Positions 1 through 15,198 of a stretch of 64,000 bases of DNA are shown here, in pieces. The DNA is from Escherichia coli O157:H7 (GTDB lineage Bacteria; Pseudomonadota; Gammaproteobacteria; Enterobacterales; Enterobacteriaceae): NCBI RefSeq assembly GCF_013167455.1, contig NZ_CP038328.1. One strand, 5' to 3'. The notes beneath the pieces are model-generated. The model had not been told where the DNA came from, made no database searches, and saw nothing but the letters and a program-made list of their open reading frames with translations. Within the stretch, counting starts at the first letter, position 1; each line of letters starts with the position of its first letter. A program made the translations under genes and the position numbers.

Positions 1-537
<537 letters not shown>

Positions 538-547
538 GGAGGCCCGC

Positions 548-1198
548 GTGCGGTGCAAAGGTTTTCTGTTTGATCTTGATGGAACGCTGGTGGATTCCCT
601 GCCTGCGGTAGAACGGGCGTGGAGCAACTGGGCCAGACGTCATGGGTTAGCGCCGGAAGAGGTGCTGGCTTTCATTCACGGTAAACAGGCGATCACCTCT
701 CTGCGCCATTTTATGGCGGGCAAATCCGAGGCTGATATTGCCGCCGAGTTTACGCGTTTGGAGCAAATCGAGGCCACGGAAACCGAAGGTATTACCGCGC
801 TTCCGGGGGCAATCGCCTTACTCAATCATTTGAATAAAGCAGGTATTCCGTGGGCCATTGTGACTTCTGGCTCCATGCCGGTAGCGCGAGCGCGCCATAA
901 AATAGCGGGGCTTCCCGCACCAGAGGTGTTTGTAACCGCTGAGCGAGTGAAGCGCGGAAAACCAGAACCTGATGCGTATCTGTTAGGCGCGCAGCTGCTG
1001 GGGCTTGCGCCGCAGGAGTGTGTGGTGGTGGAAGATGCTCCCGCTGGCGTGCTTTCTGGCCTGGCGGCGGGTTGCCATGTCATTGCGGTTAACGCTCCGG
1101 CAGATACCCCGCGCCTGAATGAGGTCGATTTGGTCCTCCACAGTCTGGAGCAAATTACTGTGACCAAACAGCCAAATGGCGATGTTATTATTCAGTGA
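548..1198 (+). CDS. yfbT: HAD-family sugar phosphatase YfbT (HxpA)
   Basis: 216-aa ORF with GTG start and gagga RBS; HAD motif FDLDGTLVDS at N-terminus. Confidence 0.9.
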   Translation: MRCKGFLFDLDGTLVDSLPAVERAWSNWARRHGLAPEEVLAFIHGKQAITSLRHFMAGKSEADIAAEFTRLEQIEATETEGITALPGAIALLNHLNKAGIPWAIVTSGSMPVARARHKIAGLPAPEVFVTAERVKRGKPEPDAYLLGAQLLGLAPQECVVVEDAPAGVLSGLAAGCHVIAVNAPADTPRLNEVDLVLHSLEQITVTKQPNGDVIIQ

Positions 1199-1216
1199 AA
1201 CACCTGATCATGATTT

Positions 1217-1241
1217 AGCCCCGTCTCGTCGGGGCTTTTTT
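1217..1241 (+). terminator. rho-independent terminator after yfbT
   Basis: GC stem agcccc/ggggct followed by T-run immediately downstream of yfbT stop. Confidence 0.7.
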
Positions 1242-1284
1242 ATGGCAGAATCAAGTCATCCCCCTCAATTAACAAGGATAAGTT

Positions 1285-3117
1285 GTGAACGGTGAATTGA
1301 TTTGGGTTCTTTCATTACTGGCCGTTGCCATCGTCTTGTTTGCGACGGGCAGAGTGCGTATGGATGCGGTCGCTTTGTTTGTTATTGTCGCGTTTGCATT
1401 AAGCGGAACGCTGACAGTCCCAGAAGTATTTTCTGGCTTTTCTGATCCTAACGTTGTCCTGATTGCCGCCTTGTTTATTATTGGCGATGGTTTGGTCCGT
1501 ACCGGTGTTGCCACCGTAATGGGAACATGGCTGGTCAAAGTTGCGGGCAACAGTGAAATCAAAATGTTGGTTTTGTTGATGCTGACCGTCGCGGGGCTTG
1601 GCGCGTTTATGAGTTCAACCGGCGTTGTCGCTATCTTTATTCCCGTGGTGTTAAGCGTTGCCATGCGTATGCAAACTTCGCCGTCACGTCTGATGATGCC
1701 GTTAAGTTTTGCCGGGCTGATTAGCGGCATGATGACGCTGGTGGCGACGCCGCCGAACCTGGTAGTCAACAGTGAATTGCTGCGTGAAGGCTATCACGGC
1801 TTCAGTTTCTTTAGCGTAACACCTATTGGCCTGGTCGTGCTGGTGCTGGGTATTTTGTATATGTTAGTGATGCGTTTCATGCTGAAAGGGGATACCCAGA
1901 CCCCGCAGCGCGAAGGCTGGACGCGTCGAACCTTTCGCGATCTTATCCGTGAATATCGACTGACCGGGCGTGCGCGACGTCTGGCTATTCGCCCCGGATC
2001 GCCAATGATTGGTCAACGGCTGGATGATCTCAAATTACGTGAGCGTTATGGCGCTAACGTCATCGGTGTTGAACGCTGGCGGCGTTTTCGTCGCGTTATC
2101 GTGAACGTTAATGGGGTTTCTGAATTTCGCGCGCGTGACGTTTTGCTTATTGATATGTCTGCGGCTGATGTCGATCTCCGGCAATTTTGTAGTGAGCAAT
2201 TGCTGGAGCCGATGGTACTGCGCGGCGAGTATTTTTCTGACCAGGCCCTTGATGTGGGCATGGCAGAGATTTCATTAATTCCTGAGTCAGAACTGATTGG
2301 TAAATCGGTGCGCGAAATTGGTTTTCGTACCCGCTACGGACTGAATGTGGTGGGGCTAAAGCGCAATGGCGTGGCGCTGGAAGGTTCGCTGGCGGATGAG
2401 CCTCTGCTGCTGGGCGATATCATCCTGGTTGTGGGTAACTGGAAACTGATCGGTATGCTGGCCAAACAGGGCCGCGACTTCGTAGCGCTGAACTTACCGG
2501 AAGAGGTGAGTGAAGCATCGCCCGCGCACAGCCAGGCACCCCATGCCATTTTCTGTCTGGTGCTAATGGTGGCGTTAATGCTGACAGATGAAATTCCTAA
2601 TCCTGTTGCCGCTATCATCGCCTGCCTGCTGATGGGGAAATTCCGCTGTATAGATGCTGAAAGCGCCTATAAATCCATTCACTGGCCGAGCATTATTTTG
2701 ATCGTTGGGATGATGCCGTTTGCTGTGGCATTACAGAAAACGGGAGGTGTCGCGCTGGCGGTGAAAGGGCTGATGGACATTGGCGGTGGTTACGGGCCAC
2801 ATATGATGCTGGGTTGTTTGTTTGTCTTGTCGGCGGTTATTGGGCTATTTATCTCTAATACCGCGACGGCGGTGTTGATGGCTCCGATTGCGCTGGCTGC
2901 TGCCAAAACGATGGGGGTGTCGCCTTATCCATTCGCGATGGTCGTGGCGATGGCAGCATCCGCCGCCTTTATGACACCGGTTTCTTCACCTGTTAACACA
3001 TTGGTTTTAGGTCCGGGAAATTACAGCTTCAGTGACTTTGTGAAGCTGGGGGTACCGTTCACCATTATCGTGATGGCGGTTTGTGTGGTGATGATCCCGA
3101 TGCTGTTTCCGTTTTGA
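1285..3117 (+). CDS. yfbS: putative anion transporter YfbS (DASS/SLC13-like with TrkA-C domains)
   Basis: 610-aa ORF, multi-pass hydrophobic N- and C-terminal halves with central soluble region; matches YfbS. Confidence 0.9.
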
Positions 3118-3122
3118 CAAGA

Positions 3123-3162
3123 GCCTGATGTCGCATCCGGCGCTTATTGCCTGATGCGACGC
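3123..3162. repeat. REP (repetitive extragenic palindromic) element
   Basis: gcctgatg...gcatccggcg...gcctgatgcgacgc between convergent yfbS and yfbR; matches REP core. Confidence 0.7.
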
Positions 3163-3175
3163 AGACTCCAGCTGC

Positions 3176-3775
3176 TTACAGCGGTGAATCCTGGCTAATC
3201 TCATCGAGCGAAAGATGGAAGCTGGGAACAAATACTTCCATGAAGTAGTCCATCTCCTGGCTGCGGCGCGCTTCAAGCGTCGCTTCCAGTCGCGTTTTTG
3301 CCAGCAAGAATTCATTATTTCCCGCCGCGAGTTCTTCCAGACATTTCAGATATGCACACAGTGCATCTGCCTGTTTCACCAGCGATTTTTCTTCATCGCT
3401 ATATGCATGCTCGTCAATTAACGGCGCAAAGATATCCCGCAGCTCTTCCGGAACCATATCGACCAGTTTTTGCTGAGCGATTTTTTCAATAGCCTTGTAC
3501 TCCTGAGCGATTTGCGAATTGAAGTATTTCACCGGAGTAGGGAGATCGCCGGTGAGCACTTCTGAGGCATCGTGGTACATCGCCAGTAAAGCGATACGTT
3601 CGGCGTTGACATTACCGCCAAATTTCCGATTTTTGATAGCTGCCAGCGCATGGGCGACCATCGCTACCTGCAAACTGTGTTCGGACACATTTTCCGTCCG
3701 CACGTTGCGCATGAGCGGCCAGCGGTTAATGAGTTTCAGGCGGGAGAGATGGGCAAAAAAATGGCTCTGTTTCAT
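3176..3775 (-). CDS. yfbR: 5'-deoxynucleotidase YfbR (HD-domain)
   Basis: 199-aa ORF; HD motif ([16 protein letters not shown] ... YHDASE) recognised. Confidence 0.9.
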
Positions 3776-3858
3776 AGTGACCTTACGTATGATGACATCA
3801 TCAGGTCATTGTGGCGGGATAACACTGCCGGATGCAATCTCCGGCAGTGAAATTAAGA

Positions 3859-5076
3859 TTACAGCTGATGATAACCAGAAAGGAAACGCGCGAACTTGCT
3901 CAACGACAGCTCGATATCATCGACACGCGGTAGCGTGACAATGCGGAAGTGATCCGGCCACGGCCAGTTGAATGCCGTCCCTTGCACCAACAGAACTTTT
4001 TCCTGCAACAGGAAATCCAGCACCATTTTCTGATCGTCGTGAATGTTAAAGCGTTTGGCGTCGATTTTCGGGAACATGTACAGCGCACCACAAGGTTTCA
4101 CGCAGGAAACGCCCGGAATATCGTTGATCAATTCCCACGCGCGGTTACGCTGCTCATAAAGACGACCGCCAGGGGTAATAAATTCACTGATGCTCTGATA
4201 ACCACCCAGCGCGGTCTGAATGGCGTGTTGCGCAGGAACGTTAGCACACAGGCGCATTGAAGCCAGCATTTCCAGACCTTCGATGTAGCCTTTGGCGTGT
4301 TTTTTCGGCCCGTTCAACACCATCCACCCCTGACGGAAGCCTGCAACGCGGTACGTTTTCGACAGTCCATTAAAGGTAATGGTCAGCAGGTCAGGTGCCA
4401 GCGGCGCAATTGAGTGATGCTCAGCGTCGTCGTAGAGAATTTTGTCATAAATTTCATCGGCGAAGATAATGAGATTATGCTGACGTGCAATCTCCACAAT
4501 CTCCATTAAAAGCTCTTTGGAATATACCGCGCCGGTTGGGTTATTTGGGTTGATAATAACGATCCCACGCGTACGAGGCGTAATTTTAGCGCGAATATCA
4601 TCGAGGTCCGGGAACCAGTCAGAGGATTCATCGCAAAGATAATGCACCGCTTTACCGCTGGAAAGCGAAACCGCCGCGGTCCATAGTGGGTAATCTGGTG
4701 CAGGAACCAACATTTCGTCCCCGCTGTTCAGCAATGCCTGCATTGCCTGAACGATAAGCTCCGATACACCATTGCCGATGTAAATATCTTCCACGGTAAC
4801 ATCACGCATGCCACGAGCCTGATAGTGCTGCATGATGGCTTTACGCGCGGAGTAAAGACCTTTGGAATCGCAATACCCTTGAGCGGTAGGCAGGTTGCGT
4901 ATCACGTCAACGAGGATTTCATCTGGCGCGTCAAAACCGAACGGGGCTGGGTTGCCGATGTTCAGTTTCAGTACCTTGTTACCTTCTTCTTCCAGGCGTT
5001 TTGCTTCTTTCAGCACCGGACCACGGATGTCATAACAGACATTCTCTAATTTGCTGGATTTTTCAATGGGGGACAT
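3859..5076 (-). CDS. alaA: glutamate-pyruvate aminotransferase AlaA
   Basis: 405-aa ORF; PLP aminotransferase class I motifs (NPNNPTG, SKTYRVAGFRQGW). Confidence 0.9.
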   Translation of the reverse strand: MSPIEKSSKLENVCYDIRGPVLKEAKRLEEEGNKVLKLNIGNPAPFGFDAPDEILVDVIRNLPTAQGYCDSKGLYSARKAIMQHYQARGMRDVTVEDIYIGNGVSELIVQAMQALLNSGDEMLVPAPDYPLWTAAVSLSSGKAVHYLCDESSDWFPDLDDIRAKITPRTRGIVIINPNNPTGAVYSKELLMEIVEIARQHNLIIFADEIYDKILYDDAEHHSIAPLAPDLLTITFNGLSKTYRVAGFRQGWMVLNGPKKHAKGYIEGLEMLASMRLCANVPAQHAIQTALGGYQSISEFITPGGRLYEQRNRAWELINDIPGVSCVKPCGALYMFPKIDAKRFNIHDDQKMVLDFLLQEKVLLVQGTAFNWPWPDHFRIVTLPRVDDIELSLSKFARFLSGYHQL

Positions 5077-6934
<1,858 letters not shown>

Positions 6935-6979
6935 TCGACGGACGATAGATAATTCCTGAGACAATAGTGTAAAAAACGA

Positions 6980-7017
6980 GCCGCTGGGGGTGTTTTAAAC
7001 CCCAGCGGCTTTTTTTT
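6980..7017 (+). terminator. rho-independent terminator after lrhA
   Basis: 10-bp GC stem gccgctgggg/ccccagcggc followed by 8 T. Confidence 0.8.
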
Positions 7018-7019
7018 AG

Positions 7020-7564
7020 TAAAGAACCTTCTTCACATCGTGCAGAACGTACAAAACTGTTCATTTTTCAATCACCAGAGATTCACGCCCCGTACGCACA
7101 AATAATCGCCTGAAAAAAATCACCTGCTACAATGATGTTAAAAAATACGTAAATTTGTTGCTGCGTTTTTGTTATGGAATGACAAAAGCGTGTCACAGAT
7201 CAAGAAAATACTCTCTTTTGGGGGGAGGAATCGACACAAATTCCTGTCAAAATAGACCCGTATTTTTTCCATTGCTTCACAACGGACACGATTCAACAAC
7301 ATCTAATTATCCTGGAGTCGTCAAGGATCTGGGGTGAAAGGGCATTAAATGCTAATGGTGTTGATATTATGTAAACTAATGTGAAGAAACTTTTGTTAAA
7401 GTTGACAAAAGGTTATAGAAAGGAGTAAAAGACCACATCAATTAGCTGTATAAAAGAATTTCTACAGTGATTGTAAGGTTTTTTTTATTCCTCCCCATGA
7501 ATCGATGTGGCGTCCATCTGCCGTGAAGAGCAGTGAATCTGGCGCTACTTTTGATGAGTAAGCA
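7020..7564 (+). promoter_or_regulatory. nuo operon promoter/leader region
   Basis: ~550 bp non-coding AT-rich region directly upstream of nuoA; individual sites not resolved by eye. Confidence 0.5.
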
Positions 7565-8008
7565 ATGAGTATGTCAACATCCACTGAAGTCATCGCTCAT
7601 CACTGGGCATTCGCTATCTTTCTTATCGTTGCCATTGGCCTATGTTGCCTGATGCTGGTAGGCGGTTGGTTTTTAGGCGGTCGCGCACGCGCGAGGTCGA
7701 AAAACGTGCCGTTTGAATCCGGTATCGACTCGGTCGGCTCCGCCCGCTTACGCCTGTCCGCCAAGTTTTATCTGGTGGCCATGTTCTTCGTTATCTTCGA
7801 CGTTGAAGCGCTGTATCTGTTCGCATGGTCAACCTCTATCCGCGAAAGCGGCTGGGTAGGCTTTGTGGAAGCTGCAATTTTTATTTTTGTGTTACTGGCA
7901 GGTCTGGTTTATCTGGTGCGTATTGGCGCGCTGGACTGGACGCCCGCGCGTTCACGCCGCGAGCGTATGAACCCGGAAACGAACAGTATCGCTAATCGTC
8001 AACGCTAA
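7565..8008 (+). CDS. nuoA: NADH:quinone oxidoreductase subunit A
   Basis: 147-aa membrane protein, first gene of 13-gene complex I cluster. Confidence 0.9.
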
Positions 8009-8023
8009 CCGCGAGGCATTAAG

Positions 8024-8686
8024 ATGGATTATACGCTCACCCGCATAGATCCCAACGGTGAGAACGACCGTTACCCCCTGCAAAAGCAGGAGATCGTAAC
8101 CGACCCTCTGGAGCAAGAAGTTAACAAAAACGTGTTTATGGGCAAGCTCAATGACATGGTTAACTGGGGTCGTAAAAACTCAATTTGGCCGTATAACTTC
8201 GGTCTTTCCTGCTGTTACGTTGAGATGGTGACTTCGTTTACCGCGGTGCATGACGTGGCGCGTTTTGGCGCAGAAGTATTGCGTGCTTCGCCGCGTCAGG
8301 CTGACCTGATGGTGGTTGCAGGAACCTGCTTTACCAAAATGGCACCGGTTATTCAGCGTCTGTATGACCAGATGCTGGAACCAAAATGGGTTATCTCAAT
8401 GGGTGCCTGTGCCAACTCTGGTGGTATGTACGATATTTATTCCGTTGTGCAGGGCGTCGATAAATTCATCCCGGTTGATGTGTATATCCCGGGCTGCCCG
8501 CCGCGTCCTGAAGCGTACATGCAGGCACTGATGCTGTTGCAGGAATCTATCGGCAAAGAACGTCGTCCGCTCTCCTGGGTGGTTGGCGATCAGGGCGTTT
8601 ATCGCGCCAATATGCAATCAGAGCGCGAACGCAAGCGCGGTGAACGCATTGCCGTAACCAACCTGCGTACACCTGACGAGATTTAA
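8024..8686 (+). CDS. nuoB: NADH:quinone oxidoreductase subunit B
   Basis: 220-aa; Fe-S (N2) cysteine motifs CCYVEM, GCPP. Confidence 0.9.
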
Positions 8687-8779
8687 TTTGCGCCTGTCGG
8701 CAAAGGGATTTTTCTTCGCTTATTCCTAAATCTATTTCGCGAAGCTTGCTGCGCCGACAGTCACCACGGACCATTTGCA

Positions 8780-10582
8780 ATGGTGAACAATATGACCGAC
8801 TTAACCGCGCAAGAACCCGCCTGGCAGACCCGCGATCATCTTGATGATCCGGTAATTGGCGAACTGCGCAACCGTTTTGGGCCGGATGCCTTTACTGTTC
8901 AGGCGACTCGCACCGGGGTTCCCGTTGTGTGGATCAAGCGTGAACAATTACTGGAAGTTGGCGATTTCTTAAAGAAACTGCCGAAACCTTACGTCATGCT
9001 GTTTGACTTACACGGCATGGACGAACGTCTGCGCACGCACCGCGAAGGGTTACCTGCCGCGGATTTTTCCGTTTTCTACCATCTGATTTCTATCGATCGT
9101 AACCGCGACATCATGCTGAAGGTGGCGCTGGCAGAAAACGACCTGCACGTACCGACCTTCACCAAACTGTTCCCGAACGCTAACTGGTATGAGCGTGAAA
9201 CCTGGGATCTGTTTGGCATTACATTCGACGGTCACCCGAACCTGCGCCGCATCATGATGCCGCAAACCTGGAAAGGTCACCCGCTGCGTAAAGATTACCC
9301 GGCGCGCGCTACCGAATTCTCGCCGTTTGAGCTGACCAAAGCCAAACAGGATCTGGAGATGGAAGCCCTGACCTTCAAACCGGAAGAGTGGGGGATGAAG
9401 CGCGGCACCGAAAACGAGGACTTCATGTTCCTCAACCTCGGTCCGAACCACCCGTCGGCGCACGGTGCTTTCCGTATCGTTTTGCAGCTCGACGGCGAAG
9501 AGATTGTCGACTGCGTACCAGACATCGGCTACCACCACCGTGGTGCGGAGAAAATGGGCGAACGCCAGTCCTGGCACAGCTACATTCCGTATACCGACCG
9601 TATCGAATACCTCGGCGGCTGCGTTAACGAAATGCCTTACGTGCTGGCGGTAGAGAAACTGGCCGGGATCACCGTGCCGGCTCGCGTTAACGTCATTCGC
9701 GTAATGCTCTCCGAACTGTTCCGCATCAACAGCCACCTGCTGTATATCTCGACCTTTATTCAGGACGTCGGCGCAATGACGCCCGTGTTCTTCGCCTTTA
9801 CCGATCGTCAGAAAATTTACGATCTGGTGGAAGCGATCACGGGTTTCCGTATGCACCCGGCGTGGTTCCGTATTGGCGGCGTAGCGCACGACCTGCCGCG
9901 CGGCTGGGATCGCCTGCTGCGTGAGTTCCTCGACTGGATGCCGAAACGTCTGGCGTCTTACGAGAAAGCGGCGCTGCAAAATACCATTCTGAAAGGTCGT
10001 TCCCAGGGCGTTGCCGCCTATGGCGCGAAAGAGGCGCTGGAGTGGGGCACCACTGGCGCGGGCCTGCGTGCTACCGGGATCGACTTCGACGTGCGTAAGG
10101 CGCGTCCTTATTCTGGCTATGAAAACTTCGACTTTGAAATCCCGGTTGGTGGTGGTGTTTCTGACTGCTACACCCGCGTAATGCTTAAAGTGGAAGAGCT
10201 GCGCCAGAGTCTGCGCATTCTTGAGCAGTGCCTCAACAACATGCCGGAAGGCCCGTTCAAAGCGGATCACCCGCTGACCACGCCGCCGCCGAAAGAGCGC
10301 ACGCTGCAACATATCGAAACCCTGATCACCCACTTCCTGCAAGTGTCGTGGGGGCCGGTGATGCCTGCCAATGAATCCTTCCAGATGATTGAGGCGACCA
10401 AAGGGATCAACAGTTACTACCTGACCAGCGACGGTAGCACCATGAGTTATCGCACTCGTATCCGCACGCCGAGTTATGCGCATTTGCAGCAAATTCCGGC
10501 GGCGATCCGCGGCAGCCTGGTGTCTGACCTGATTGTTTATCTGGGCAGTATCGATTTTGTTATGTCAGATGTGGACCGCTAA
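8780..10582 (+). CDS. nuoC: NADH:quinone oxidoreductase fused subunit C/D
   Basis: 600-aa ORF (annotated start may be the ATG at 8792); fused 30-kDa/49-kDa subunit. Confidence 0.9.
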   Translation: MVNNMTDLTAQEPAWQTRDHLDDPVIGELRNRFGPDAFTVQATRTGVPVVWIKREQLLEVGDFLKKLPKPYVMLFDLHGMDERLRTHREGLPAADFSVFYHLISIDRNRDIMLKVALAENDLHVPTFTKLFPNANWYERETWDLFGITFDGHPNLRRIMMPQTWKGHPLRKDYPARATEFSPFELTKAKQDLEMEALTFKPEEWGMKRGTENEDFMFLNLGPNHPSAHGAFRIVLQLDGEEIVDCVPDIGYHHRGAEKMGERQSWHSYIPYTDRIEYLGGCVNEMPYVLAVEKLAGITVPARVNVIRVMLSELFRINSHLLYISTFIQDVGAMTPVFFAFTDRQKIYDLVEAITGFRMHPAWFRIGGVAHDLPRGWDRLLREFLDWMPKRLASYEKAALQNTILKGRSQGVAAYGAKEALEWGTTGAGLRATGIDFDVRKARPYSGYENFDFEIPVGGGVSDCYTRVMLKVEELRQSLRILEQCLNNMPEGPFKADHPLTTPPPKERTLQHIETLITHFLQVSWGPVMPANESFQMIEATKGINSYYLTSDGSTMSYRTRIRTPSYAHLQQIPAAIRGSLVSDLIVYLGSIDFVMSDVDR

Positions 10583-10584
10583 TT

Positions 10585-11085
10585 ATGCACGAGAATCAAC
10601 AACCACAAACCGAGGCTTTTGAGCTGAGTGCGGCAGAGCGTGAAGCGATCGAGCACGAGATGCACCACTACGAAGACCCGCGTGCGGCGTCCATTGAAGC
10701 GCTGAAAATCGTTCAGAAGCAGCGTGGCTGGGTGCCGGATGGTGCGATCCACGCGATCGCCGATGTGCTGGGTATTCCGGCAAGCGACGTCGAAGGCGTG
10801 GCAACGTTCTACAGCCAGATCTTCCGCCAGCCGGTTGGCCGCCATGTGATCCGTTATTGCGACAGCGTGGTCTGTCATATCAATGGGTATCAGGGTATTC
10901 AGGCGGCGCTCGAGAAAAAGCTGAACATCAAACCAGGGCAAACGACATTTGATGGCCGCTTTACGCTGCTGCCAACTTGCTGCCTGGGGAACTGTGATAA
11001 AGGGCCAAACATGATGATCGATGAGGACACTCACGCGAATCTGACCCCGGAAGCGATCCCTGAACTGCTGGAGCGGTATAAATGA
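10585..11085 (+). CDS. nuoE: NADH:quinone oxidoreductase subunit E
   Basis: 166-aa; 2Fe-2S cysteines (CDSVVC ... [10 protein letters not shown]). Confidence 0.9.
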   Translation: MHENQQPQTEAFELSAAEREAIEHEMHHYEDPRAASIEALKIVQKQRGWVPDGAIHAIADVLGIPASDVEGVATFYSQIFRQPVGRHVIRYCDSVVCHINGYQGIQAALEKKLNIKPGQTTFDGRFTLLPTCCLGNCDKGPNMMIDEDTHANLTPEAIPELLERYK

Positions 11086-12419
11086 AAAACATTATCCGTA
11101 CTCCCGAAACGCATCCGCTGACCTGGCGTCTGCGCGATGACAAACAGCCAGTGTGGCTGGACGAATACCGCAGCAAAAACGGTTACGAAGGGGCGCGTAA
11201 GGCGCTGACCGGGCTGTCTCCGGACGAAATCGTTAATCAGGTAAAAGACGCTGGTCTGAAAGGGCGCGGCGGCGCGGGCTTTTCGACTGGCTTGAAGTGG
11301 AGCCTGATGCCGAAAGACGAATCCATGAACATCCGTTACCTGCTGTGTAACGCCGATGAAATGGAGCCGGGCACCTATAAAGACCGCCTGTTGATGGAGC
11401 AACTGCCGCACCTGCTGGTGGAAGGTATGCTCATCTCCGCGTTTGCGCTGAAAGCTTACCGTGGCTACATCTTCCTGCGTGGCGAATATATTGAAGCGGC
11501 AGTAAATCTGCGCCGCGCCATTGCCGAAGCGACTGAAGCGGGATTGCTTGGCAAAAACATTATGGGAACAGGTTTCGACTTCGAACTGTTCGTCCATACC
11601 GGGGCAGGGCGCTACATCTGCGGGGAAGAAACAGCGTTAATCAACTCCCTGGAAGGGCGTCGTGCTAACCCACGCTCGAAACCCCCCTTCCCGGCAACCT
11701 CCGGCGTATGGGGCAAACCGACCTGTGTCAACAACGTCGAAACCCTGTGTAACGTTCCGGCGATCCTCGCTAACGGCGTGGAGTGGTATCAGAACATCTC
11801 GAAAAGTAAAGATGCTGGCACCAAGCTGATGGGCTTCTCCGGTCGGGTGAAAAATCCGGGACTGTGGGAACTGCCGTTCGGCACCACCGCACGCGAGATC
11901 CTCGAAGATTACGCCGGTGGTATGCGTGACGGTCTGAAATTCAAAGCCTGGCAGCCAGGCGGCGCGGGCACCGACTTCCTGACCGAAGCGCACCTTGACC
12001 TGCCGATGGAATTCGAAAGTATCGGTAAAGCGGGCAGCCGTCTGGGTACGGCGCTGGCGATGGCGGTTGACCATGAAATCAACATGGTGTCGCTGGTGCG
12101 TAACCTGGAAGAGTTTTTCGCCCGTGAGTCCTGCGGCTGGTGTACGCCGTGCCGCGACGGTCTGCCGTGGAGCGTGAAAATTCTGCGTGCGCTGGAGCGT
12201 GGCGAAGGTCAGCCGGGCGATATCGAAACACTTGAGCAACTGTGTCGATTCTTAGGCCCGGGTAAAACTTTCTGTGCCCACGCACCTGGTGCTGTGGAGC
12301 CGTTACAGAGCGCCATCAAATATTTCCGCGAAGAATTTGAGGCGGGGATCAAACAGCCGTTCAGCAATACCCATTTGATTAATGGGATTCAGCCGAACCT
12401 GCTGAAAGAGCGCTGGTAA
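11082..12419 (+). CDS. nuoF: NADH:quinone oxidoreductase subunit F
   Basis: 445-aa; NADH/FMN-binding GxGGAGF motif and 4Fe-4S cysteines; overlaps nuoE stop. Confidence 0.9.
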   Translation: MKNIIRTPETHPLTWRLRDDKQPVWLDEYRSKNGYEGARKALTGLSPDEIVNQVKDAGLKGRGGAGFSTGLKWSLMPKDESMNIRYLLCNADEMEPGTYKDRLLMEQLPHLLVEGMLISAFALKAYRGYIFLRGEYIEAAVNLRRAIAEATEAGLLGKNIMGTGFDFELFVHTGAGRYICGEETALINSLEGRRANPRSKPPFPATSGVWGKPTCVNNVETLCNVPAILANGVEWYQNISKSKDAGTKLMGFSGRVKNPGLWELPFGTTAREILEDYAGGMRDGLKFKAWQPGGAGTDFLTEAHLDLPMEFESIGKAGSRLGTALAMAVDHEINMVSLVRNLEEFFARESCGWCTPCRDGLPWSVKILRALERGEGQPGDIETLEQLCRFLGPGKTFCAHAPGAVEPLQSAIKYFREEFEAGIKQPFSNTHLINGIQPNLLKERW

Positions 12420-12465
12420 CCGAATTTCGATTAACGCTCAGTCTCTGACTGAGAAAACTGGAAGC

Positions 12466-15198
12466 ATGCTAATGGCTACAATTCATGTAGACGGCAAAGA
12501 ATACGAGGTCAACGGAGCGGACAACCTGCTGGAAGCTTGTCTGTCTCTGGGCCTTGATATTCCTTACTTTTGCTGGCATCCGGCGCTGGGAAGCGTCGGT
12601 GCTTGCCGCCAGTGTGCGGTGAAGCAATACCAAAACGCGGAAGACACGCGTGGTCGCCTGGTGATGTCCTGTATGACACCGGCTTCCGATGGCACCTTTA
12701 TTTCCATTGACGACGAAGAAGCGAAACAGTTCCGTGAAAGTGTGGTCGAGTGGTTAATGACCAACCACCCGCACGACTGTCCGGTATGTGAAGAAGGCGG
12801 TAACTGCCATCTTCAGGATATGACCGTGATGACCGGACACAGCTTCCGTCGCTACCGTTTCACCAAACGTACCCACCGTAATCAGGATTTGGGGCCGTTC
12901 ATCTCTCACGAAATGAACCGCTGCATCGCCTGCTACCGCTGCGTGCGTTACTACAAAGATTACGCTGACGGTACAGATCTGGGCGTTTATGGCGCGCATG
13001 ACAACGTCTACTTCGGTCGCCCGGAAGACGGCACGCTGGAAAGCGAATTTTCCGGTAACCTGGTCGAAATTTGCCCGACCGGCGTATTTACCGACAAAAC
13101 GCACTCCGAGCGTTACAACCGTAAATGGGATATGCAGTTTGCGCCGAGCATCTGCCAGCAATGTTCCATCGGCTGTAACATCAGCCCCGGCGAGCGTTAT
13201 GGCGAACTGCGTCGTATCGAAAACCGTTACAACGGTACGGTAAACCACTACTTCCTCTGCGACCGTGGTCGTTTCGGTTACGGTTACGTCAACCTGAAAG
13301 ATCGTCCGCGTCAGCCAGTACAGCGTCGTGGCGATGATTTCATTACCCTCAACGCCGAACAGGCAATGCAGGGCGCGGCAGATATTCTGCGTCAGTCGAA
13401 GAAAGTGATCGGTATTGGTTCTCCGCGTGCCAGCGTGGAAAGCAACTTTGCGCTGCGTGAACTGGTGGGCGAAGAAAACTTCTACACCGGTATCGCTCAC
13501 GGTGAGCAGGAACGTCTGCAACTGGCGCTGAAAGTGCTGCGTGAAGGCGGCATTTATACTCCGGCTCTGCGCGAAATCGAATCTTACGATGCGGTACTGG
13601 TGCTGGGCGAAGACGTTACCCAGACCGGCGCGCGCGTCGCGCTGGCAGTGCGCCAGGCGGTGAAAGGTAAAGCGCGCGAAATGGCGGCAGCACAGAAAGT
13701 GGCTGACTGGCAGATTGCGGCAATCCTCAATATCGGTCAACGTGCTAAGCATCCGCTGTTTGTTACCAACGTTGATGACACCCGTCTGGATGATATCGCG
13801 GCGTGGACTTACCGCGCACCGGTTGAAGATCAGGCGCGTTTAGGTTTTGCCATCGCCCATGCGCTGGATAACTCTGCGCCAGCGGTTGACGGTATTGAAC
13901 CTGAGCTGCAAAGCAAAATCGACGTCATCGTGCAGGCACTGGCGGGTGCGAAGAAACCGTTGATTATCTCCGGGACGAACGCCGGTAGCTTAGAGGTGAT
14001 TCAGGCTGCGGCTAACGTCGCGAAAGCCCTGAAAGGTCGCGGCGCTGACGTCGGTATCACCATGATTGCCCGTTCCGTCAACAGCATGGGGTTGGGCATT
14101 ATGGGCGGTGGATCGCTTGAAGAAGCGTTAACCGAACTGGAAACCGGACGCGCCGACGCGGTGGTGGTGCTGGAAAACGATCTGCATCGTCACGCTTCTG
14201 CTACCCGCGTGAATGCTGCGCTGGCTAAAGCGCCGCTGGTGATGGTGGTTGACCATCAACGCACAGCGATCATGGAAAACGCCCATCTGGTGCTTTCCGC
14301 TGCCAGCTTTGCTGAAAGCGACGGTACGGTAATTAATAATGAAGGTCGCGCCCAACGTTTCTTCCAGGTTTACGATCCGGCTTATTACGACAGCAAAACT
14401 GTCATGCTGGAAAGTTGGCGCTGGCTGCACTCGCTGCACAGCACCTTGCTGAGCCGTGAAGTGGACTGGACGCAGCTCGACCATGTAATTGACGCTGTTG
14501 TGGCGAAAATCCCGGAACTGGCGGGTATCAAAGATGCTGCGCCAGATGCGACATTCCGTATTCGTGGGCAGAAACTGGCCCGTGAACCGCACCGTTACAG
14601 CGGTCGTACCGCCATGCGCGCCAATATCAGCGTTCATGAGCCGCGTCAGCCGCAGGATATTGACACCATGTTCACCTTCTCGATGGAAGGTAACAACCAG
14701 CCGACCGCGCACCGTTCGCAAGTGCCGTTTGCCTGGGCTCCGGGCTGGAACTCCCCGCAGGCGTGGAACAAATTCCAGGACGAAGTGGGCGGCAAACTGC
14801 GCTTTGGCGATCCGGGTGTGCGTCTGTTTGAAACCAGCGAAAATGGTCTGGATTACTTCACCAGCGTACCGGCACGCTTCCAGCCGCAGGACGGGAAATG
14901 GCGTATCGCGCCGTACTACCACCTGTTTGGCAGCGATGAATTGTCACAGCGTGCTCCGGTCTTCCAGTGTCGTATGCCGCAGCCGTACATCAAACTCAAC
15001 CCAGCGGATGCCGCGAAGTTGGGTGTAAACGCAGGTACACGCGTCTCCTTTAGTTACGATGGCAACACGGTCACTCTGCCGGTTGAAATCGCTGAAGGGC
15101 TGACGGCAGGGCAGGTGGGCTTGCCGATGGGTATGTCCGGCATTGCTCCGGTGCTGGCTGGCGCGCATCTTGAGGATCTCAAGGAGGCACAACAATGA
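12466..15198 (+). CDS. nuoG: NADH:quinone oxidoreductase subunit G
   Basis: 910-aa ORF (start may be 12472); N-terminal Fe-S cysteine clusters. Confidence 0.9.

Noticed and set aside
9050-10492. 480-aa ORF antisense to nuoC (similar long antisense ORFs at 12754..13752 in nuoG, 17606..18664 in nuoL, 19819..20406 in nuoM, 31310..32473 across menB/menC, 54748..55455 in glpA)
   Set aside because: They lie entirely antisense to strongly supported genes, have Arg/His/Gln/Val-rich low-complexity translations and no RBS; typical stop-codon-poor shadow frames of GC-rich coding sequence.
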